From contig JBHGNT010000012.1 of NCBI GenBank assembly GCA_043228905.1, forward strand, positions 14,756,001 to 14,820,000: 64,000 nt of DNA. The letters are read 5' to 3'. The DNA comes from Azolla caroliniana (Eukaryota > Plantae > Polypodiophyta). The notes under the pieces were generated by a model. That model did no database searches. It saw nothing but the letters and a program-made list of their open reading frames with translations, and was not told where the DNA came from. Made by a program: the position numbers and the translations under genes. Every line of letters starts with the position of its first letter. Position 1 is the stretch's first letter. Of the stretch, positions 37,301-46,350 are shown one piece after another.

Positions 37301-37735
37301 AGCAATATCATCTTCTAGATTGGCAAACGGTTGATCTTTATCCAAACAAGCATAAAAGTTAGAATCTTGATGAGGGATGTAACATCCAACTACAAAAGTG
37401 GGCAAATCATTAGGTGTTTCTATTTTGAGCCATATGTAGCATTTATTTTCATCATTTTTTATGATTGACACATATTTCTCTATTTCCTTCTTAATCAAAC
37501 ATGCCACCCCTCCTTGTCCTCTTCTTTGTCTTGGATTTTTCTTCCATATCAAAGAGTGTACATTATAGTTTCCTAAACCTTGAATCCTTTGAGTATCATG
37601 CTCCCATGTCTCAACAAGAAGTGTGATATCCGAGTCATCGGTGAACTCCTCTATGCCAAATCCCGCATTCCATGGGTATCCATTGCAATTCCAAAAGCAT
37701 AGTCGTAAAAGGCGTGGGTTAGTCTCATAGATCAC
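34361..37735 (-). CDS. LINE ORF2: APE endonuclease, reverse transcriptase and C-terminal CCHC domain (1124 aa)
   Basis: Motifs WNCNG, ETW, GDMNAR, SDHRP, QGCPLSP, YADD and RLCALC...ESEYHTLIQC. No stops; the ORF begins at GTG. Confidence 0.93.
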   Translation of the reverse strand: MIYETNPRLLRLCFWNCNGYPWNAGFGIEEFTDDSDITLLVETWEHDTQRIQGLGNYNVHSLIWKKNPRQRRGQGGVACLIKKEIEKYVSIIKNDENKCYIWLKIETPNDLPTFVVGCYIPHQDSNFYACLDKDQPFANLEDDIAYFKSKGEVIVFGDMNARTRSFQLDSQESFMPHISRMQEDMQMYNRSSSDEKDPDQFGKLLLQMCNSTGLLIANGISLWPNTNGFTCRKHNGNSVIDYVLLSECILDRIHKFSLGEWTPESDHRPLCIDLKCMHRFDCEKAIEDNKQPHLSMNLKRAPMYSKMVEDMLQMTKIQHGATLECKWEAFKKVILSCTNKCFSTNRTSWKCTKKLRKKWFDKECHEARKCLMVLDVVKDKENYQKHLHEYKRLIQRKRRIWEVTQQLIQTQEKAHACAKFWGNLKGKRVESYGDLTLHDLSMHCKNLYELSLAGKMMCYGSLSHMPPFFTIEDICIGLKKLASRKASDLQCIKAEMLKWTGKEARIWISDMFNDALQHGMPYDWTTNWIKPLHKGGDINNVNNYRTIMVGSLMAKLFGCIMESKISVWAEKSGKRAYGQAGFRKHHSTIDHLITLRVLTEESRLRGKGLYCCFVDFKKAFDMVPREHLWRRMEELEVPSEYMLAISQIYEKVICCVRMRDKLSDFFKSTIGVKQGCPLSPTLFGLCIDELEEMVTKFAKEECVEEVAIGNVVIMLLLYADDVVLFANTLGDAQKLMKALEKFCMHTKLSVNSSKTKIMLVKSQKRDKPCIMYNNEPLECVESFKYLGLEVPSNHRWNECATRRLEAGKRAYYAFENTCNLGDIKCWVLKKYLFDTLVTPVLLYGVEVWGGSIPKSMWKEFENVQKHFLTKFLQVKKQTPYTLLLLETGSLPIEIMAMERVVEYMLKVQKSPSHRLPRIAWEASKKIQKTHKSKILCSGWMQDIEKWFGRWDARHLLHDASLDSSVNEAFLQRQCIMTWDKCGGSRFTHYTTHVAPNYKTIFFAERGNRTHPYMLEPIPLSSIRTIASMRLSSHALRCETGRWGTSDESGRLCALCPKQVRESEYHTLIQCSAFDHIRPCFTHLFDRAQSLHEFLSQPQCALSIATFIGKVLEHRESLLTFTHIT

Positions 37736-37741
37736 GTGTCC

Positions 37742-38226
37742 CTATTTGCCTACATTTCCATCTTTAGGCACATCCTTAACCTTGTTTTTCAATCTTTCTT
37801 CATATGCTTTACGACGAGCATTTTGTTGTGAGATAGTACGATCTTCACTCACAAAGCATTGTGTACCTTTGAGGTATACCCAACTATTTTCGAGTATGAT
37901 CCGCCGCTTTGTATCATCTGTCATTGTGCATACAATAGGCCTTTCTCCGGAGCGACTAACACCATGTTTCCCAACTCGGTGTGCCCCATATACATTCACA
38001 TCTGACATCCCATAATGCATGCTAAAAAATTCACCAATGGCCTTTCCAAGGGATGCGGGTGTTTCAATACTCTCTTCTTTAATCCCACGGATGACAATGT
38101 TCTTTGATCGTCGTTCACGTTCTTTCAATTCTCGGACATCTATGTTTTCGATATTCTTCTCTTGATGCATCACATGCATATTAGATGAGTTTGATAGCAC
38201 ATCCCCACCACATACATCGGCCCATG
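37742..38226 (-). CDS. LINE ORF1, C-terminal part
   Basis: SWADV...ERRSKNIVIRGIKE...AHRVG...RPIV...FVSEDRT, typical ORF1 motifs; immediately upstream of ORF2. Confidence 0.75.
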
Positions 38227-40944
38227 AGAGAGAGAGAGAGAGAGAGCAGAACGTAATTTCAAAATTATATCAAGACTCTGTTACACACTGTGCTAAGTAG
38301 CACTATTTATACAAGTCCTCTTGGGACTGACAGAAGTACCATGTACTTCAATGCTCACACGAGCATCTGACACTTACTACGAGACTATAGATACCTAGTA
38401 GTCTATCCTATTCTAGGCTTCCGATTGGACTGCCGGTTACGTATTGCACCCGGCCTCCACTGCTTGGCAGTTTGGTTGCTCACCGTCATACCGATCCGTT
38501 TCGCCCGATCCATCTCGCTTACCGGCTCTGGCTTATTCATCCGATCCAGCTCCGATTGAGCTTGCCGCTCAACACTCCCCCTCAAGCTCAACCTGAGGTG
38601 GGGTCGTAGTGTCGACCTCTGTGGCAGTCGGTTCTTTCAACCGACTCCTCCTGGCGTCACTCCGCCTTGCTCGCGCTCCTCGTCCGGTCCGGTCCCGTTT
38701 GCCGCGACCCCTTTGGTTCTGCACGCATCGACCCTCTCAGTCGGCATGTCTGCTCAATAGGCCCATCTCAGCACTCACGTTGTTGTGACTCCGGCGCTTG
38801 CCGATACGTTGGTTCTCCCACGATGGCATCGACTTCCGCTGTGCCCGTGTCCCCTTGGCCTTCAGTCGATCCGACTCATCCGGATCCATCTGTTGATCCG
38901 AGTCAGCTGTCTCCGATTCGTTCCAGCTCTTGTCCGAATCGGTACACTCCGATTCGACTTCCGGCTTCAGGCCTCTCACCACATCGGACCATTTCCGAGT
39001 CTTGGCCTTCTCCATGCTTCCCTCGGCTTCTCCAGCCGGTGAACCGAAATTGAATTCTTCATTCGACTCCGCCTCATGGTCAGTGCCGTCGTGATGACCT
39101 CCACACAGCATGCACTTCTCTTCCTGAGTGCACAACTCTTCTTCACAACCGCTTGCTCCGACCTGTTCGGATGTGTCGACTTCATTCGTCGACTCGGCTT
39201 CCTTCAGCTTCTTGTCTCCTCTTCTTCCGGCTCTCCTCTTACCGACGGGTTCAACAAGTTTTTGGCCTTTGCCCGTTTCGGTAGAGACTTTGCCCTTGCT
39301 TCTCCCCCTCAAGTGCGGCACGTCGAGATGCTGAACACCAAGCATGTCGGTAAAGTGTTGCAACTTGTCCGATCCAAGCGGCTTGGTGAAGATGTCGGCA
39401 ACTTGCCGATCCGTATGAACATACCGTAGGTCAACTTCACTGCTCAGGACCTGCTCACGCACGAAGTGGTAGTGCACCTCGATGTGCTTTGTGCGAGCAT
39501 GGAACACAGGGTTCCTGGCGAGTTGTAGGTTGCTCATATTATCGCAGTAAATCGGGATCGGGGTCGGTACCTCGATCCGCAAGTCTCACAGCAGTCGCCG
39601 AAGCCAGATGGCTTCACAAGTGGCAATGGTAGCGGCCCGGTACTCAGCCTCAGTGCTTGACAAAGCCACTGTGGGCTGCTTCTTGCTGCTCCACGCAACG
39701 GCTGCGCTACCTATGGAGAACATGTATCCGGAAGTGGAGCGGCGATCAGACGCATTGCCGGCCCAGTCAGCATCGGTGTAACCGACAAGCTCTTCGGGTA
39801 TACCTCGCCGCTATAGCAGTCCCCGGTCCTTAGTGCCGCTGAAATACCGTAATATGCGTTGCGCGCACTGAAGGTGCTCCACGGTCGGCTTCTGCATGAA
39901 CTGACTTACCATGCCGACCGGATAGCTGATGTCGGGTCGGGTGATGGTCAAGTAGATCAGGGTTCCCACAACCTGTCGGAACCGTTTCTCATTGCAGGCC
40001 GGTCCGGAGTTGGGACGGAGCTTCTGGTTCCGGTCCAGGGGTGTGGAGACAGGTCGACAATCCGTCATGCCAAACTTATACAGCATATTCAACACGTAAT
40101 GTCGTTGTGAGAGAAATATGCCGTCGGGGGTCCGGATCACTTCGATCCCAAGAAAATAATGAAGGTCCCCCAGGTCTTTCATTTCGAATGCGTCCGACAA
40201 CTGGGACTTGACGCGGTTGATTTTGGGAAGACCCGGCCCGGTGATGACTAAATCATCCACATACAAGAGTATACATACCGGACCGTCAGAGCCTTGCCGG
40301 ATGAACAACGAAGAGTCCGACTTAGAGACAACAAACCCCAGCTTACGCAACCGGTGCGTGATCTTCGCGTTCCAAGCTCAGGGGGCTTGCTTCAAGCCAT
40401 AAAGCGACTTCTTCAGTCGGCATACCGCTGATTTGTTCATCTCCGATTGAAATCCGTGGGGCTGAGTCATAAAGACTTCTTCTTCAAGCTCTCCTTGAAG
40501 GAAGGCGTTCTTCACATCCATCTGGTGAAGATGCCACCCCCTTGCCGCAGCAACCACCAGTACCACACAAACCGTCGTCATCTTCGCCACAGGAGCGAAG
40601 GTTTCATCGTAGTCGATTCCGTGGGTCTGTGCGTAGCCCTTCGCCACTAACCGGGCTTTGTACCGGTTAACAGAACCATCGGCGTTGTACTTGACCTTGT
40701 ACACCCACTTGCACCCGATCGGTTTACAGTGACGGGGAGGATCAACTAGGTCCCAAGTTTCGTTGGCATCGAGTGCCCGCATTTCTTCGTCCATAGCGGC
40801 ACGCCAATTTGCGTCCTTTGCCGCTTCTGCGTAGCTCTCCGGCTCACGCACTTCTATCACCTTAGGCATTTGATCTTCCTCTCTGATTCCCGTTCCACCA
40901 TCTTCTGGAGGCTTCGGAAACAGTCGAAGACTTCGCTCTTCCGC

Positions 40945-43900
40945 TGTCGCGAAGATTCGCGCGTGCGTGTGCTACTCGAGCGACCACCGGGGTCTTGGAC
41001 TGGGAGGACGCTCGCGGAATTATCGAAGAGATGACGATCAATGTAAGATTAGATGAAATTGGTTTACTTGAGAAGAAGAAAGATTGTACACTTGAGAAGT
41101 AGAAAAATATGAAGAAGATAAAGACGAATATAATTATATTGATGATAATGGTGTTGGTGATATCACATATTGAGCCCCCCTTACACAAGCCCAACTAGAG
41201 GCTTTTATAGGTCTTTCCATGCTTGTGACATGCACAAAACCATGGGCTAAAACCATGGTTTTGTGCACACGGTTTCGCTTATGTCATGCACAAACCATGG
41301 GTTTAAAACCATGGTTTTGTGCACATGGTTTTCTATGGTTGTTTTGTCTATAATTTGTATATGAAAAGGAAATACATAAAATTTACACTATATGATAGTT
41401 GTCCTAGTGGTAAAGCAATTATCTTGTATCTTAGAGGTGCAAGGTTCAAACCTTGCTTGCACCCCTCTGTATGAACTCAAGTGCCACTAGGCCTTAGGAG
41501 GCTTATTTACTAAGTTTATGTGCAATGTTGCACATCCTTGGTTTATTCGTCTCACTCGGTTTCACACCGTAGCCGAAAATCCTCACGACATCCTCCGGTA
41601 TGTGCCGAGAAAGGTGAAGAGGTGAGATCTTTGGCAATGGTGATCAACCGAGTTCCTCTGCACGCTCGTCTGACTTCGTCTTCCACTTCGAGTATGCGCA
41701 ATCTTTCCAACCGAACCACTGTAGCCACCCGATCCACCATATCCGGCGCTCACACCTTCTTCCCCGATCGGTTGTAGTACATCTACCGAACGATGTCATC
41801 GATCCGACTGGTCTTCCTTCGTCCACCGCGCGTGTCCTTCGATTGGACTCCTGGCCACTCCTCGCGCTCACCGTCTTCAACTGGGTGTTGTGGATCGTCC
41901 GTGTCGATCTCCGATTATGCCAGGTTTGCCGTTGTCTTGATCGGTCTTCGCCGATCGCTTCTTGGCTCAGTTGGCCTTTGTCTACATTCGCATTTCCTCG
42001 AGTCGGGCTCGACCGATTGATTCTGGCTGGGTCGACCCCCTTTTGGATTGGAATCGTTCGATCGATTTTCGCCGAATCAAGTTTCAGCCGGGTCGGCCCC
42101 GGTCGATCGGCTCCCATGTGGATCTTCCTTCGTTCGGGCCGGAATCTCGGATGGATCGTCTTCCGGTTCGACCGGTTCTCGACTCTTCCTTCCTTCCCGC
42201 ATGTAACCTCTCCATCGAACTCAACCGCGGCTTCATCCTTGGCCTGCTCGTCAGCCATATCCTTCCCTCCGTGTATGCTCGCCGCGAGCCATATTGTCTC
42301 CTCTTCCCCACCTCCTTTATCTTCGGTCTTATGCCGACACACGGTCTCGACTGCCGAAGTCTCCGGAACCGGTGTGAAGGAATCCCTTCGCTCATGCACA
42401 TTTACCTTGTCTTCTTCATCGCCCTTCCGGTCGTCCTCTTTTTTGTCCACACATTCCGTCTCTTCGGTCTCACGTTGGCGCACGTGCACAACCGCCGAAG
42501 TCTCTAGAATAGGTGTGGGGATATCCTTTCTTCCTCGATCTTCTTCCTCCTTGTGTTGGGCCTTTGTCTTCCCGTCACCACCTTCCGTCTCTCCGGTCTC
42601 ACATTGGCACACGGGCGCAACCGCCGAAGTCTCTGGAGCAATCGTGGAGAAAGTCTTGACATGGCTATCCGTTGTCGACTCGTCCATAGCCACCTCCGAC
42701 TCGATGTCGTTTGTCATGGATACCTCCTCAATCTCTTCATACTCCAACACTTTATCTCCCTCGATCATGCAAGATTTTCTCATGCTTGCGCCTTCATCAC
42801 CCGATGTTTCGTACACAATGCGTGTTCCGAAACATTTATCCTCCCTCGAAGTGGCGTTCGCCGTCCTCGAGTCATCGGCCTCCTCCTTCGTCGTCGTTTC
42901 TTTGTAAGACAAGAAGATGACTTGTTTCACACCTTCTCTCTCGGTACCATCATACCGAACCAGAGCCTTTGTATCGGCCACTTCATTAACCCACATTTGT
43001 TGGGAGGTCCTTTCCTCGATCACCATTCGCCTCGGTTTTGTCTCCCTTTTAAGCTTCATTTCTTTTGTTGGTGGCGCGTTGTTGCATCTCGTCCCTCTTC
43101 GATCGTCCCTCATGGGCCGTCTTGTTGTCGTCGATATTCTCGCTTGCCCCTTATCATGTTGTCGGCATACACTTTCCACTTTGCTCCAATCCTCGATGAG
43201 GCCATTTGCACCATCATCTTCTTCAAGTTTGAGGCCGATCGCCATCCTTTCCATTCGATCGATTGACTTCACGAACATAAGGACCTTATCGACCCCCACC
43301 AATCTTTGTTCCCGCTCCGACAATTGAGAAAAATGATGCTCGAAGTCTACGAATGCTTGTGTCGCACCTTGGTGGGTCTTCGCTGATGTCACCCATTGGT
43401 CGAAGTTGCGTCGATCTCGTCCCTTCAGTCTCTCATAGCCATATTCCTCCAATAGAGCCTTCTCAAAAGTCGGCCACGAATCATGAGCTTCTAGAAGCTC
43501 TTTTACATCTTTGAAGATCGGTTGAGACACCACCCGACAAAAGTACTCTAGCCTCATAGCTTTGTCCACACCTCTTGAATCCATCTCCACATTGTAGACT
43601 TTTAGGAGACTTTGGACTTCGGCACCGTTGAAATAGCTCATTCGTTCGACTACCTTGTCGACGGCTTGTTGGGCTTCATTTCTTCTTTTCCCTTCTCTCA
43701 GAAACTCCATCATCCTTTTTGACATTGCCTCCATCAGATATTCGCCATCCATCTTCGTCCTCCCCTGCTGCTCTTCACGTCGGGTTCAACAAATGATGTC
43801 GCGAAGATTCGCGCGTGCGTGTGCTACTCGAGCGACCACCGGGGTCTTGGACTGGGAGGACGTTCGCGGAATTATCGAAGAGATGACGATCAATGTAAGA

Positions 43901-44442
43901 TTAGATGAAATTGGTTTACTTGAGAAGAAGAAAGATTGTACACTTGAGAAGTAGAAAAATATGAAGAAGATAAAGACGAATATAATTATATTGATGATAA
44001 TGGTGTTGGTGATATCACATATTGAGCCCCCCTTACACAAGCCCAACTAGAGGCTTTTATAGGTCTTTCCATGCTTGTGACATGCACAAAACCATGGGCT
44101 AAAACCATGGTTTTGTGCACACGGTTTCGCTTATGTCATGCACAAACCATGGGTTTAAAACCATGGTTTTGTGCACATGGTTTTCTATGGTTGTTTCGTC
44201 TATAATTTGTATATGAAAAGGAAATACATAAAATTTACACTATATGATAGTTGTCCTAGTGGTAAAGCAATTATCTTGTATCTTAGAGGTGCAAGGTTCA
44301 AACCTTGCTTGCACCCCTCTGTATGAACTCAAGTGCCACTAGGCCTTAGGAGGCTTATTTACTAAGTTTATGTGCAATGTTGCACATCCTTGGTTTATTC
44401 GTCTCACTCGGTTTCACACCGTAGCCGAAAATCCTCACGACA
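40945..44442 (-). mobile_element. Non-autonomous gag-only LTR element B
   Basis: 646-bp near-identical LTRs at 40945-41590 and 43797-44442. 4-bp TSD CCGC; the empty site restores the copia reading WIYLIERKSEVF. tRNA-Trp-type PBS at about 43775-43791. Confidence 0.92.
41644..43752 (-). CDS. Gag-like ORF (702 aa) with ETSAV repeats and a Trp-rich C-terminal motif
   Basis: Open 702-aa frame filling the element interior; homologous to 28628-30367. Confidence 0.75.
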   Translation of the reverse strand: MDGEYLMEAMSKRMMEFLREGKRRNEAQQAVDKVVERMSYFNGAEVQSLLKVYNVEMDSRGVDKAMRLEYFCRVVSQPIFKDVKELLEAHDSWPTFEKALLEEYGYERLKGRDRRNFDQWVTSAKTHQGATQAFVDFEHHFSQLSEREQRLVGVDKVLMFVKSIDRMERMAIGLKLEEDDGANGLIEDWSKVESVCRQHDKGQARISTTTRRPMRDDRRGTRCNNAPPTKEMKLKRETKPRRMVIEERTSQQMWVNEVADTKALVRYDGTEREGVKQVIFLSYKETTTKEEADDSRTANATSREDKCFGTRIVYETSGDEGASMRKSCMIEGDKVLEYEEIEEVSMTNDIESEVAMDESTTDSHVKTFSTIAPETSAVAPVCQCETGETEGGDGKTKAQHKEEEDRGRKDIPTPILETSAVVHVRQRETEETECVDKKEDDRKGDEEDKVNVHERRDSFTPVPETSAVETVCRHKTEDKGGGEEETIWLAASIHGGKDMADEQAKDEAAVEFDGEVTCGKEGRVENRSNRKTIHPRFRPERRKIHMGADRPGPTRLKLDSAKIDRTIPIQKGVDPARINRSSPTRGNANVDKGQLSQEAIGEDRSRQRQTWHNRRSTRTIHNTQLKTVSARSGQESNRRTRAVDEGRPVGSMTSFGRCTTTDRGRRCERRIWWIGWLQWFGWKDCAYSKWKTKSDERAEELG

Positions 44443-46293
44443 CCGCTCAATGAGGTAGATCCAAGTATGTCGAGTATAGTCGTTGATGAAGGAGACGAAG
44501 TACCGGCTCTCGCCAAGGCTTAGACTTTGTGCCGGTTCCCACACATTCGAATGGATGAGATCGAGCTTGTTACGGCTCCGGTTCCAATCGGTTGGGAATG
44601 GAAGCCGGTGTTGCTTCCCAAGTTGGCAGGCTTCACAAATTTCGGCTCTCCGGCCGCTGAACTTTGGCAAACCGAAAACGACTTGTTTCGTTTGCAGGTC
44701 TTGAAGCCTCCGGTAGTTGACGTGGCCTATCCGCTTGTGCCATAGGTCGATGTACGACTCGATCTTTTGTCGTTTCGCGAACAGAGCGGTGCCAATGTCA
44801 TTGGTGTTGAGGATAAACATCCTCCCGTCTCTGCGCCCTTGCGCAATGACTTCGCCCTCATCTTCAATGAAGCACCCGAGGTGCGTAAACCGCACCTGCA
44901 TCCCTTAGTCGACAATCTGACCGACGGACACCAGGTTCTTCGTGATCGTCAAAACGTGTAATACGTTCATCAGCTTCCCTTTCTGTCCGACGTGGCTTAG
45001 AGGGACTTCTCCGACGTGCACGATTGGGTGTGGAGTGTCGTCTCCAGTTTCGACTACTCCTGGTTGTTCCGGTTTCTCCAGAAAGGAGAACCACTCTTTG
45101 TGGCTCGTCATGTGGTTCGATGCGCCGGAATCAACATACCACACTTCCTCCGTTTTGGAAGTGGTCTTCTTCATTGAGTTTGCCTTGTGATTCATCACCA
45201 AGGCTGGCTCCTTACCGGCCTTTCCGGTTCCGGATCCTCCTGATCCGTTTGTGTAGTGCGAGTTTTGCCGGCCATCCTTACCGGTCTTGCCGGATCCGGA
45301 TTTGTCCGAATCGGCATGCTTTCTCCAACACTCGCTTTCCCTGTGGCCCTTTTTGCCACAGTACCAGCATTCCGTAGCGGATTTGTCTTGCCGGCCTCCG
45401 GCACCGCCTTGACTCCCCCTGCTTGTGGAAGTCCCGGAACTGCTGTCGGCCCACTCATAGTGCCTCCGTTCTTGCTCTTGCCGGCTGCCTCCATTGCGTG
45501 CCGACCCACCTCTTCCACCACGCCCACAGTGCCGATCCGTTCCCGTGTACAACATCCGGTTGTCCGGGGATGCACTGGTAGATGCACCGGCGTGGTTCTC
45601 CTGTACAAGGAGCATCGACTGTAAGTCGAAGAATGAGGGGGTATTCTCGCTTGTACACACCGCAGTCCGGAACGCTCCGAACTTGGACGCCAGGCCTCCG
45701 AGACATACCTGCACCATCTCGTCTTCCTCTACGGTAACATTGATAGAGGCGAGCGAGTCGCAGATCTCCTTTATCCGGCCCGTGTAGTCTTCCACGGACA
45801 TGTTCTTCTGTCAAACATTGCTCAACTCCTGTCTGAGTTGTAGCTTCCGGACAGTGGTGCTTGCGGCGAAAACCTTTTTCAGGTTCCCCCAAGCATCCTT
45901 CGGTGTCTTGGCGTCACGGATGTGGCTGAGCAGCTGATCGCCGACACTGGACGCGAAGCAGTACATCACCCTGCTTGCCGCCTGTTCCCATACCGGGAAG
46001 TCCTTGTGTGCCGAGTCAGGTGCCGCATCATTCGCTCCTTCGACATAACTCCAGTACCCGTGTCCAAGCAGGTACTGGTGCATCTTGTAAGACCAGGATG
46101 CGTAGTTGCTCCTGTCGAGCTTCTCCACCGGGAACGACATAGCCATTCCTCTATCCATGTCTTCTACTGTGTCTGTTTTCGACCTGTTAGGGTTTTCTTC
46201 TCAAGAGTTAAATGTCTGCAGCAGAGGTTCTCAACCGTCGTGCTCTGATACCATGAAAACGTGAGTGTTTGCGGAAGCGTAAAACAGAGAACA

Positions 46294-46350
<57 letters not shown>

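Larger units (their letters stand above)
34278..38226 (-). mobile_element. LINE (RTEX-like), 5'-truncated within ORF1, inserted in the (GA)n tract of the copia LTR
   Basis: (ATCT)n 3' tail; (GA)n on both flanks; intact ORF2. Confidence 0.9.
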
